Shown in pieces: positions 29,993 to 39,044 of a stretch of 64,000 nt of DNA. Position numbers and translations under genes: made by a program. The notes under the pieces are model-generated. The model saw only the letters and a program-made list of their open reading frames with translations. It was not told the DNA's origin and did not search any database. The stretch lies in IMG/VR virus record IMGVR_UViG_3300001528_000425, positions 128,001 to 192,000 of that record, one strand, 5' to 3'. The number at the start of each line of letters is the position of its first letter. The first letter of the stretch is position 1. Source of the stretch: a virus. Lineage: Duplodnaviria; Caudoviricetes.

Positions 29993-30222
29993 TGAAGTAT
30001 ATCATCTTCCTGTTGCTTTGTTTCACTATACTCGTATTGATGACAGGATGTCAAACGTACGAATACACCGAATACTACGACCCTCAAGTCAACGGTCAGA
30101 CGTTTGTCACTAAAGCCGGAGAGCTTGAGATATTCGGACCAGTGAAATCAAAGACAACTCAGAGTGGATACCGAGAATCCGATCTTGGCAACAATGCCAC
30201 GATCAAGGTTTCTGCTTTCTAA
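29989..30222 (+). CDS. Small lipoprotein
   Basis: MMKYIIFLLLCFTILVLMTGC lipobox. Confidence 0.7.
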   Translation: MMKYIIFLLLCFTILVLMTGCQTYEYTEYYDPQVNGQTFVTKAGELEIFGPVKSKTTQSGYRESDLGNNATIKVSAF

Positions 30223-30239
30223 CAAAAAAAACAAAGGAC

Positions 30240-30278
30240 CTAAGTAACAGGGACGCGTTTGGCGTCCCTGTTACTTAG
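30240..30278. terminator. Bidirectional terminator hairpin
   Basis: 17-bp stem. Confidence 0.85.
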
Positions 30279-30433
30279 TCTTCATCATCTTCGTCATCAC
30301 AATCCTCAAAAGGACCCTGTGATAACAGCTTCTTCAACCAATCGTACAACTCGAACATTGCGTAAATTCCGCCAAACAAGACAAGTACGATCATTATGGC
30401 CAATGTGAAAGATGCTCCATCAGGTTCATTCAT
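30275..30433 (-). CDS. Small TM protein with acidic tail (52 aa)
   Basis: MNEPDGASFTLAIMIVLVLFGGIYAMF...DDEDDED; weak RBS. Confidence 0.45.
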   Translation of the reverse strand: MNEPDGASFTLAIMIVLVLFGGIYAMFELYDWLKKLLSQGPFEDCDDEDDED

Positions 30434-30473
30434 GATTGTTCTGTTAAATTCAAGTTATAATTCCATTTGAAAG

Positions 30474-30507
30474 ATCTAGGGTAGGAGGAAATCCTCCTAC
30501 CCTAGAT
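30474..30507 (-). terminator. Terminator hairpin ending the PhuZ operon
   Basis: ATCTAGGGTAGGAGG/CCTCCTACCCTAGAT. Confidence 0.8.
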
Positions 30508-30523
30508 GGGTAAGTCATAGGAC

Positions 30524-31282
30524 TTACTTCACGATCGGGTTCCCGTTGTTCCAGTCGAGACCAGCGAACGGGTTATTCCCTTCCATCGGAGGACGAAAAT
30601 GATGTTCCTTACGTTCACGCGGAGTGCTGGACTTCTTCGGCGGTACAGTTGATTTGGATTTATCGAACTGTGCCCGCTTAGAAGGTTCGCGTTTACCGGA
30701 ACCCTCGGTGGGATGATCGTCGTCATGATGCGACTCATGACGAACATCTCGATGGTACCGGGCCAGACGTTCCTCCCTTGCTTCGGGAGATTCTTCGTGA
30801 TACTTGAATTCCAGGCAATTCGGGTTCTTGGTGAGCAATTCCAGGATCGCTTCACACATGTACCTGGTTTGTTTCTGATCCCGACAGAGTTGTCCCATCA
30901 GAGAGAGCACATAAGTCATCCCGTTCCGCCGTTCGAAGATATCGGTGAACGAAGGATCTTCGGTAGCATTGGTGTACCGGTCGCAGATGACTTTGAGCGC
31001 TTCCGTCAGTTCAGTGACAGTTTCCTGATTGAAGTCCCTGGCCCTGGCAGCGAATACAGGAAGTTTGGTCATCCAAAAGACCATCGCATCGCCTTCGTGA
31101 CGTTTGCTGTATCCTCGATGAGACATCGAGTAATTCACGATGGTGGCGATAGCCGCTGGATCGTAACCGGCGTCAGTGAGCCTGGCGGTACGTTCTGCAA
31201 CTTTTGCGGCGATGAACTCTTTGCGCTGTTTGACTTCTTCCGGGGTGAGTTGTTTCTTAGACTGAGATTTTGTCACTTCCAT
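30524..31282 (-). CDS. Hypothetical protein with disordered charged C-terminus
   Basis: Start re-called at MEVTKS after AAGGA. Confidence 0.75.
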   Translation of the reverse strand: MEVTKSQSKKQLTPEEVKQRKEFIAAKVAERTARLTDAGYDPAAIATIVNYSMSHRGYSKRHEGDAMVFWMTKLPVFAARARDFNQETVTELTEALKVICDRYTNATEDPSFTDIFERRNGMTYVLSLMGQLCRDQKQTRYMCEAILELLTKNPNCLEFKYHEESPEAREERLARYHRDVRHESHHDDDHPTEGSGKREPSKRAQFDKSKSTVPPKKSSTPRERKEHHFRPPMEGNNPFAGLDWNNGNPIVK

Positions 31283-31820
31283 TTTGGCCTGGTCCTTTTG
31301 ACTGTGGTGAGGGTCTACTCTTGATGAGATCCCTACGTTGTGTTCTGATTTGATCGTAGAATAATTCGCAAGCAGCTTGAAGATTCCGACACTGCATTTC
31401 GATCGTAGTGTCGCGAACCAATTCAAGCTCCTTAAGAATATCCGGTATTACCTCTGTAACTATGCGGAGGTGCGAATGATTGACGAGCTCCATCGGAAGT
31501 CTGCTACCCATGAATGGTGCAATCGTATCTAACGCTGCACTCGCGGTATGACAGAGCCGATCGGTTCGAATCATGAATATGGCGGACCGAACAACAGAAC
31601 CTTCCGGTAGTTGTACCACCTGTTGAAGAGTCATCCGTTCTGCAAGCATGAACAGAAGTGTGTTCTGAATCTGAACATCCGAAACATGTTTCTGCAACAG
31701 ATCAGATAAGATAACACCTTCTTCTCCTCGGAATGGTATCCCGATCATGCGATTGGGAGCTTCTCCTGGATCAGGAGAAGCTTTCGAGGGTTGTGGCTGT
31801 TCCTTCTTAAAAGGCCACAC
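31257..31820 (-). CDS. Hypothetical protein
   Basis: AAGGAGG RBS, GTG start. Confidence 0.7.
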   Translation of the reverse strand: MWPFKKEQPQPSKASPDPGEAPNRMIGIPFRGEEGVILSDLLQKHVSDVQIQNTLLFMLAERMTLQQVVQLPEGSVVRSAIFMIRTDRLCHTASAALDTIAPFMGSRLPMELVNHSHLRIVTEVIPDILKELELVRDTTIEMQCRNLQAACELFYDQIRTQRRDLIKSRPSPQSKGPGQNGSDKISV

Positions 31821-31844
31821 TTAAACACCTCCTTGTTAGTAGTA

Positions 31845-32954
31845 TCAGTTGATGATGCCGGATTTATCGATGTCTCCTTTGACTCCGGCGAATTTGGTTG
31901 CAATGTCGACAGCTTCTGCTTCGGCGGTATGACCGAACCGATCCGCCTTGGTGTTGAGGACATCGATCAGAGATTCACTGATCGGTGAACCGCAGATGGC
32001 GAGATAGTTGAGATCTTCCGACAGTCCGAGATACGTCACGTTGGTGAACATATCAGGAGCCGATCCTTCGTTGTTGATCACGAGTGCCGAGTGAACGATG
32101 CTGTCCGGATGGATGGAGATGAACTCTTCACCATTCTTGGTATTCTTGACGGGCTCGGGACTCTTCAGATCAACGATACCGAAAGACCACACTCCATTGC
32201 CGGCCAGTTTGATCAGGTCGGGGCGAAGGAAGTTCAGCCGGTCAGTGTAATCGAGTTCCGTCACCGTCTTGTTCAGGAACAGGTCGCAGATCTGCCGAAC
32301 GCGCAGAGCAATCGTGTTGTTGACGATGAATCGTCCGGTGCCGATGTTGCTGTAGATCATGGTCGGGATGTAGACGTTCTCCGTCTCGGCAGTGTGATAG
32401 AGGGTCCGCAGCGTGTTGATGCTGTTGACGCAGTCCATCTTGGAACATGCATCCACCACACCGATCGCGATGACGGCTTTCTTGCGCCGAGTCGCTTCCC
32501 GGATGATCATGGGACCGATCACCGAACCAGAGCCACCAGACATGCTGTAAATGATGATGTTGATGTCCTGGATATCGTCCATTACTCCACAGCGATCGAG
32601 CTTCGTCTGCATATCCTTGATCAAGATACCACGGTTCTTGCCAGCGCCGCTGTCGCCGAGGATGTAGGTTTGAACTCCGAGATCGTTCGTCTTGAGAGTT
32701 TCTGTATCGGCCGGAATAACCGGACCATCATGCCGGTCTGTCTCTTCACCAACCACAACCGCAGCCGGTTCAACCGGAGTCGCTCCAGCGAGTTTGGAGA
32801 TGTTGGACCGACTGGTGTCGATGGCGACGAGTTTGGGCTGCACGCTCCAGTTCTTGGTGATCTGAGGAGTGACATCTTTCATGTACTTGGCCAGTACGTT
32901 GATGCCACAGCCTCCGGCGGCGAACACGGTGATTTTGATTTGCTTTTCGTTCAT
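31845..32954 (-). CDS. phuZ: Phage tubulin PhuZ
   Basis: AGGCGIN, IDTS, GAGKNR, SMSGGSGS tubulin signature, LDYTD. Confidence 0.93.
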   Translation of the reverse strand: MNEKQIKITVFAAGGCGINVLAKYMKDVTPQITKNWSVQPKLVAIDTSRSNISKLAGATPVEPAAVVVGEETDRHDGPVIPADTETLKTNDLGVQTYILGDSGAGKNRGILIKDMQTKLDRCGVMDDIQDINIIIYSMSGGSGSVIGPMIIREATRRKKAVIAIGVVDACSKMDCVNSINTLRTLYHTAETENVYIPTMIYSNIGTGRFIVNNTIALRVRQICDLFLNKTVTELDYTDRLNFLRPDLIKLAGNGVWSFGIVDLKSPEPVKNTKNGEEFISIHPDSIVHSALVINNEGSAPDMFTNVTYLGLSEDLNYLAICGSPISESLIDVLNTKADRFGHTAEAEAVDIATKFAGVKGDIDKSGIIN

Positions 32955-32969
32955 TTCTTTCCTCGTGGG

Positions 32970-33452
32970 TTAGTTGGCATACGCCGGTTGAGTGAAATCG
33001 AATCCTTGCATCCGGATAGACGTATCGGTGGTTTCTCCGACTTCGATACCCGTATCCGAGTATTTGGCACAGAGAATCTCACCATTACGTACTGTCAACA
33101 GAAGCAGGTAATCTTCATTGATATCGTTCACCAGAAACTGATGACGGATCAGTTTCTCATGCTGAGCGGAAGGGAAAGGTTGGTCGTCTGGGATGGTCAT
33201 CCATTCGCCGAGGTATATGGTACGTCCTTGACTGCGGTTGAACTCCCGCTCAATGATGCGGTTAGCCTTCCAGGTACCACGGACGTGACCGAAGAGTCTT
33301 CGGATATCCCAGCGACTGGGTTCCGTGATCTGCAAGATGTAGACGTCACCCTTCCTCACTTGACCGAGCAGTATCCCTCCGGTAGCAACACGTTTCGATC
33401 CTTTGTACTTCAGCAATCGTTGTGTCACCTTTTGATGGATAAACACTCTCAT
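32970..33452 (-). CDS. JAB/MPN (Cap3-like) domain protein with degenerate active site
   Basis: TGGILLG, ITEPS..D.R, SQG..IYLGEW.T.P...P.PS. Confidence 0.8.
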   Translation of the reverse strand: MRVFIHQKVTQRLLKYKGSKRVATGGILLGQVRKGDVYILQITEPSRWDIRRLFGHVRGTWKANRIIEREFNRSQGRTIYLGEWMTIPDDQPFPSAQHEKLIRHQFLVNDINEDYLLLLTVRNGEILCAKYSDTGIEVGETTDTSIRMQGFDFTQPAYAN

Positions 33453-33469
33453 TCTGTTCTCCTTATCCC

Positions 33470-33943
33470 TTATTGGTGTTTTCCACAGGATGGCAGCTTT
33501 CTGTCATCCACGTGGAGATTAAGTTTAGCTGCACAATGCGGACAAATCGCTTTGGAGCATTGATGACAGGTAGTTGGTCGTACAGTCATGCCACCATGCC
33601 CAATACGTGACATGGTGAATTCCTGATCACATATACCACAAACATGAGTATCTTTACTTGCCGTTTGATCCGATGTATTCTTTTTGAAACTCATGCAATT
33701 CAAACAAGTTCCTTTCAGTGTTGATGGTTTAAAGAGTGAAATTTGCGGATAATCCAGGCATCTCCAACAGGTCCATCCACCACAACTGATACATCTTCCT
33801 CCTGAGAGATTCATCATCCAGAGAAAGATCCTTATTGGTAGGCTCCAAACCGTGATATGCGCTCCGCAAACGTGACATGTTTCAGTCTGACGATTCTTCT
33901 TTCCGAACAGACTCCTCCATAGTTGTTTCATTGGTTTCTCCAT
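33470..33943 (-). CDS. Multi-zinc-finger protein
   Basis: Seven CxxC pairs. Confidence 0.7.
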   Translation of the reverse strand: MEKPMKQLWRSLFGKKNRQTETCHVCGAHITVWSLPIRIFLWMMNLSGGRCISCGGWTCWRCLDYPQISLFKPSTLKGTCLNCMSFKKNTSDQTASKDTHVCGICDQEFTMSRIGHGGMTVRPTTCHQCSKAICPHCAAKLNLHVDDRKLPSCGKHQ

Positions 33944-34643
33944 TGATAGGATGAAATTCGATCACACGATCGTCTTCCGTGATAAAGTGTAGATGATGCT
34001 GGACGTCTTTGCCAACTTTAGTCGGTAACGACCAGGTGACCTCATCCAACCAAGAAGCGGGGATACCGTAACTTCCAGTCAAGTCGATCATCACTGACCA
34101 GTCTTCTTTGCCAGTGGCTTTCAGTTCTCTGATCTTCGGGATCAGCACAACATCCCGGAACCATTCGCCGCTGAAGTTACCATGCTTCATCAACCTCCCT
34201 CCAGGACAATCCGTGTAATGAAGAAGACTGAGAAGTTGTTGGTGGAAGATGCCATGGTCTCCCTGCAGTTCGTATTTGTTGAACACAGGTCCGATGTTGT
34301 ATGAAAACACAGCGGTGTGAGTTTTCGGAGTGATCCTCCAGATGATGTCACTCATGTCGGCATCACCGAACATAAAGACAAGTTCATCTTCCACGATTTC
34401 CAGTTGTGCTCCTTTGCACCAGGGCTTGCCGTAGGCTTCAACATGCTGTTCGTACTCTTCATCGAGTATGGATCGTATCAGTTGAAAGAGTTTATCCAGA
34501 TGGATACGATCTTGAGGGTTACTGAAGTTGGATAGATAATTTCCCATGACCCGATAGAGTTCTGGTATCGTTTTCACCTTGACTCGATTTAACTTGAGAC
34601 CCAAGGCGAATTCGATTGGTTCTGATGAAATCACTTCTTTCAT
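33882..34643 (-). CDS. Protein with C-terminal STAS-like (DUF4325-type) domain
   Basis: PGGR...G.FSGEWFR...LIP, IDLTGSYGIPASWLDE. Confidence 0.7.
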   Translation of the reverse strand: MKEVISSEPIEFALGLKLNRVKVKTIPELYRVMGNYLSNFSNPQDRIHLDKLFQLIRSILDEEYEQHVEAYGKPWCKGAQLEIVEDELVFMFGDADMSDIIWRITPKTHTAVFSYNIGPVFNKYELQGDHGIFHQQLLSLLHYTDCPGGRLMKHGNFSGEWFRDVVLIPKIRELKATGKEDWSVMIDLTGSYGIPASWLDEVTWSLPTKVGKDVQHHLHFITEDDRVIEFHPINGETNETTMEESVRKEESSD

Positions 34644-34748
34644 AACGAGAGTCCTTTTCGTCTATTTTGATAAGCTATACGCTTGTAATCATACAGGAAA
34701 TAGCCGCTCATTCGCTTCTCCTGTATGATGATACAGATCTGTTAAATT

Positions 34749-35144
34749 TTAACGTTTCACGGTGGTGATGACATCGAGTGAACGCTGCCCGAAACGATCT
34801 GTATAAACCGCAGTTCCGGTTTCACCTTTCTTGTCGATACGCACGGAATAGATCGTTATTTGTCTGATCATATTCGGATACAACCCCTTGGCGAATACAT
34901 CCAAGATAGGACCGTATTCATCGTCTTTCTCATAAGCCAGAAGTTCGAAATCCTTCACATCAGGGTGGGCAGTGGCGATCTCTTCGAAATGAGATATTGC
35001 GCGATTCCAGAAGTCTTTCACTCCCGGCTTAGTGATGTTCTCTCCCAGGAAGGACTTCACCTTCTCATCGATCTTCTTGAACGATTTGACGGGTTTACCG
35101 TCAACCGTCATGGAGAAGGTTTCATTCAGTTGTTTGGTTTTCAT
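34749..35144 (-). CDS. Hypothetical protein
   Basis: 131-aa ORF within the operon. Confidence 0.7.
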   Translation of the reverse strand: MKTKQLNETFSMTVDGKPVKSFKKIDEKVKSFLGENITKPGVKDFWNRAISHFEEIATAHPDVKDFELLAYEKDDEYGPILDVFAKGLYPNMIRQITIYSVRIDKKGETGTAVYTDRFGQRSLDVITTVKR

Positions 35145-35706
35145 GACATTGTTCTTTCAGTTTTTGTATGCAATTGAGATTGAAGTCCTTCACAGCCAAT
35201 AGCAGAGACTTATCGAGCAACTCATTGTGATAATGAGATTTGAGATGGGCGAGTACAGATACGATCTCGTTGTGAGTCAAGATCCTCATCAACTTAACGC
35301 TTTCTATCGAGGTTTGCTTACGATTGAAGTATGGTGCCAGCCATTCGATCCGGTGAACATCATCGTTCGTGAACTCGTTGATATCATGGATCTGTTCGTC
35401 TACTCCAAGATCAGCTGCAGTTTCACCTGCACATCCGTTGATGTCGTAATAACACTCATTGATGCAAGCGTAATAGTGATTGTAGGTTCCACGAAGGATC
35501 TCGGCTCTCAGATCGTGGTACTTAGTACCTTTCGGGATCGTGCCAGTACCAACAATACGTGCATCTTCTGCCGCAAATGCTCTGCATAGCATCTGAGCAA
35601 AACGAAAGCACTGCCCATGCGAATAGATGATATCGTTGATGGTACCAACCATCTCCTGTTCAGCGGGGTGAAAGAGATCGATGAAGTTCATGACGTCCGT
35701 GTACAT
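35122..35706 (-). CDS. Hypothetical protein with possible Cys-His-Asp triad
   Basis: YSHGQCFRFA...NHYY...YYDING; GAGGA RBS. Confidence 0.65.
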   Translation of the reverse strand: MYTDVMNFIDLFHPAEQEMVGTINDIIYSHGQCFRFAQMLCRAFAAEDARIVGTGTIPKGTKYHDLRAEILRGTYNHYYACINECYYDINGCAGETAADLGVDEQIHDINEFTNDDVHRIEWLAPYFNRKQTSIESVKLMRILTHNEIVSVLAHLKSHYHNELLDKSLLLAVKDFNLNCIQKLKEQCHENQTTE

Positions 35707-35744
35707 GATTACATATCCTCTTTATTGGTTAAGTGTACATATAC

Positions 35745-35754
35745 GTAATATATG
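35745..35754 (-). promoter_or_regulatory. Early promoter CATATATTAC
   Basis: Exact TATATTAC heading the 35706-30524 gene run. Confidence 0.7.
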
Positions 35755-35777
35755 TCCATTTCAATTAAGAAATAATA

Positions 35778-35817
35778 GCAAGTAGAGAGGGAGGTTTTGC
35801 CCTCCGCTCTCTACTGC
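35778..35817 (-). terminator. Imperfect terminator hairpin
   Basis: AGTAGAGAG-GGAGG/CCTCC-CTCTCTACT. Confidence 0.65.
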
Positions 35818-35825
35818 CAAGGTGT

Positions 35826-37049
35826 TTATTCGTAAAATGAATCAGGATCTTCCGGATCTTCAACAGCAGTCTCATACGCCAGTTGCCTGTCATCGTCGTG
35901 GAACGATTGCATGGTAGTGTCCGCGTAGTTGATCAATCCATATGCAAGCCGGATGTAAGCCAGCCGATCGGCCATTTCCTCTTTATCCTGTGAAGGAGCT
36001 GCCTTCAGGATTTGTTCGGTATTCGATCCGATCTTGGTGATAGCCGCCAACATGTTCTTGGTGTATGTATCCATGAACTTGTGCATCTCGTTCAAGGAGT
36101 ATGTACGTTCGGTGCCACTCGGAATAGGACGAAGATGATACCACTTGCTGTTAGGCCAGGTTACTGGCACAGCTTTTACATCACGGATGGTATCGGAGAT
36201 TGTACCGTTAACGTTTATCTTGATATTATCTTTGCCGAACTGGGAGATGAAGACTTTATCCATGATAGCCAGGCATCCTTTGCTGTCATGAATATCAGCG
36301 AATGCTTTGACAACATTGAATACCTTGCTGTAGTAAGCCTTCATATCCTCAGGAGGAAGCAGGACTATCTTGTCATGAGGTTCCGATTTATCCAGAAGCC
36401 ACCTTGGAGTACCATCCTTGTGCTTATCGGAAACCAACGGCCAGCCATGATAATCTCCGGCTATATCCTTGTGCAGTTTGACAACTCGGGCCGCCTGGAA
36501 AGCTGGATTCTTCTTTTCGCGATGGTCTCTGAGTTTGGTTATGATAGTCATGATCGGAAGACCGACGACCAGTAGTGCCAACGGAGCAAGCAAATGAACC
36601 GCTACCACCGTGGTAATGAAGCCTTCCTGTGCAGGTTCTGCATCAGAGACATTAACTGGAAGCAGAGTGTCGAGTTCTGGTTCCACCAGAAGATAAGCTG
36701 GTAATTCCGTCTTGTTCACACTCAGTGCTTTGATCACTCGATGTAAACCATCGATGACATCGATCTGATCCAGTACGATGATCGGATTCTCGAGGTTAGC
36801 CTTTTCGAATCTTCCAAGATGATCAGAAGCCATCGCATCGATGCTGATGTTCCACCGCTGAGCGATATTGATCTGTCGAATGAACTCCTGAGTGATGTCG
36901 TACATCACTGGTTCTTTCTTAGAGGTAGCAATGAATTCTTTGATCTTCTCCAGAGGAATCTGATAGCCCTTATAGAAGACAAGATCTTTTGGATCGTCTA
37001 CCAGAGATTCATTCCCAGCCACGATCGTGTTCTTAACTGCAAATCGCAT
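35826..37049 (-). CDS. Probable head protein with ParB/Srx-like N-domain, AQE site and TM helix
   Basis: NPIIV...VIDGLHRVIKA; GNE and AQE sites; start MRFAVK after AAGGAG. Confidence 0.7.
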   Translation of the reverse strand: MRFAVKNTIVAGNESLVDDPKDLVFYKGYQIPLEKIKEFIATSKKEPVMYDITQEFIRQINIAQRWNISIDAMASDHLGRFEKANLENPIIVLDQIDVIDGLHRVIKALSVNKTELPAYLLVEPELDTLLPVNVSDAEPAQEGFITTVVAVHLLAPLALLVVGLPIMTIITKLRDHREKKNPAFQAARVVKLHKDIAGDYHGWPLVSDKHKDGTPRWLLDKSEPHDKIVLLPPEDMKAYYSKVFNVVKAFADIHDSKGCLAIMDKVFISQFGKDNIKINVNGTISDTIRDVKAVPVTWPNSKWYHLRPIPSGTERTYSLNEMHKFMDTYTKNMLAAITKIGSNTEQILKAAPSQDKEEMADRLAYIRLAYGLINYADTTMQSFHDDDRQLAYETAVEDPEDPDSFYE

Positions 37050-37063
37050 GTGTTGTATCTCCT

Positions 37064-37758
37064 TTAAAGAACAGATTGGAGATATCGATCCGCACATGCA
37101 ACAACCTGTTCCATATCACGGAACGGCTCGTATTCAGGTCCAGCCAAACGCAGGAACTTGATCATGAGCGAGTATTTATCCATCTGATCTTGGTTATCTT
37201 TGAAAGCTTGAATCTTTTGGCGAAGCTCCGCTTTCCGCTGCTCCCCTCTCTGATGGAGTTGGAAATCTTGTGCAAAGTAATCGATGAGCTTCGCGAGTTG
37301 TTTTGGATCGGTATATCCAGAAGAACCAATCGAACGCGAAGAATCTTGCGGAAGGATCAACAGATCTTGGAATTCCAATTCAGGATCTCCGAACGATGTC
37401 TTTCCGTATCGAGCGATCAATCCGAGCACATGTCGCTGTAATGCATTGACATCGGAGAATTTGGCAGGATCGATCTGAAGAAGTTGCTCACGCAACTTGA
37501 TGAGTTTTTGGTAGAACGCCAACCATTCCGAAACAGTTCGTACCGATACCGTCATGGATGAAATTTTACCGATCTCACCACGCTTGATAAGCAGCATGAT
37601 AGCGGATAGTCCGAACTGATAAGCGACGGTAACGCCGTAGCGTAATCCTTCCGAAGGCTGCTTGATCCCGAGTAGCTCAAACACATCCTTCGTGGAGATC
37701 TTGCGAGCTTTCGGATCTATACGGTTGTGTCAATTTGTTTATTTAAAACGATTCTCAT
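37064..37758 (-). pseudogene. Hypothetical gene whose RBS-led start is out of frame with its body
   Basis: AAGGA+ATG at 37758 (MRIVLNKQIDTTV-stop); the body frame is open from ~37729 to 37064. Confidence 0.5.
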
Positions 37759-37843
37759 GATACATCCTTAGTGCGGATAAAGTTGTTTCCTTGTACACAT
37801 AAGATGTTTTACCGACTATAGCTTATATTTGCAAAATAAAGAA

Positions 37844-37877
37844 CAGGTAGTAGGTGGGTCCTCCCACCTACTACCTG
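37844..37877 (-). terminator. Terminator hairpin
   Basis: 15-bp stem after the RNAP stop, T-run on the minus strand. Confidence 0.8.
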
Positions 37878-37886
37878 ATGTGATGG

Positions 37887-39044
37887 TTATTCTTCCCAGA
37901 TCTTGATGAGGTCTTGTTCTACCTTTGCCAAAATTCCTGTAGGTATTCCCACGAGGAAAGGCGAAGTGATGATACGAGCGAGGATACCACGTGCCGAAGT
38001 ACATGCATCGATCGTGATGGATTTATCCTCCACTTCGATCGACTCCGGTACAACACGCGATACGACCGATTTCAGAGAAGAGTCATAGAAGACTTTATCT
38101 CCAACTCGCAACCCTTTGCCTTGCTTGATGTAGAACTTGAACACGACAGTTTCATCAGTCAGATCAACGATACCAACTCGATCACTGTCCACCAACGGTT
38201 TGTTGGGTTGGAACTTGTTCGCTGTAGCAGTATCAGCTGCGAACTTGGCACGTTCGTTCTTCAGCTTCGATACAGCTGCAACGATCGTCTGCAGCGACTT
38301 GCTCAGTTCGTTGAACGGACATTTGTAGAAAACGTCGATCTGGACAACTTCTCCACTGTGCTCTGCTTTCGGAGTGGCTTTGTTCAAGTCTCCCAGCATT
38401 TGGATCAGTTCAGCATCTGCTGTTCCATAAGAGGTATCACCGATCGCACTCTGGTCGAAGACCATGAGAGGTTCGGTACTTCTCACCATCGATCCGATCC
38501 GTGCGATCTGATGCACGTTGGTATCCTTAGTAAGAGTGATATCCTTGGTAGCGATTGGACTGAATCCAAGTTTGTCGCAGAGAGGTTGACACACGAAGGA
38601 ACTGTCCTCGATGGTATTGCCATTGTCAAGCAATGCCACGTTGGTAAGAACTCCGATATTCCAATCCACTTGCTTGGAGTAAGGATCGGGTGTGAAGAAT
38701 TGTCTGTTGTAGCAGACGATATCTCCACGTTTCACCTTATCTCCAGGTTTGAATCCGTTGACAGCGATCTCTTGATCGACGAAGAATCCGTTAGCGGCAT
38801 TGCTAGTATATTCAGAGCCGTAGTTGACACTGACCAATTTGCCATCCTTGTATCGGATCTTCACCATCTTGGTGTTCTCATCGATCGCTTCGATCTTACC
38901 ATCTTGTTCTGCCGCATATGCGAACGGCATCTTGGTACGATGGGCTACGATCTGTTCGTAACCAGTACGTACTCTGGAGACGTTGCTCTTTTCTGTGGGA
39001 ACATAGTGAGACATCTGGATGCTCACAAAATTAGCTCGCTTACC
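37887..39044 (-). CDS. Virion RNA polymerase beta subunit (phiKZ gp178-like), exon 2
   Basis: GKRANFVSIQMSH, VRTGYE, AEQDG, TIEDS, VGDK, KSVVS RpoB motifs. Confidence 0.88.
   Translation of the reverse strand, partial: GKRANFVSIQMSHYVPTEKSNVSRVRTGYEQIVAHRTKMPFAYAAEQDGKIEAIDENTKMVKIRYKDGKLVSVNYGSEYTSNAANGFFVDQEIAVNGFKPGDKVKRGDIVCYNRQFFTPDPYSKQVDWNIGVLTNVALLDNGNTIEDSSFVCQPLCDKLGFSPIATKDITLTKDTNVHQIARIGSMVRSTEPLMVFDQSAIGDTSYGTADAELIQMLGDLNKATPKAEHSGEVVQIDVFYKCPFNELSKSLQTIVAAVSKLKNERAKFAADTATANKFQPNKPLVDSDRVGIVDLTDETVVFKFYIKQGKGLRVGDKVFYDSSLKSVVSRVVPESIEVEDKSITIDACTSARGILARIITSPFLVGIPTGILAKVEQDLIKIWEE

Noticed and set aside
28950-33452. A complete phage-borne CBASS operon (patatin plus JAB)
   Set aside because: The genes are on opposite strands, separated by terminators, with no CD-NTase or E1/E2 gene present
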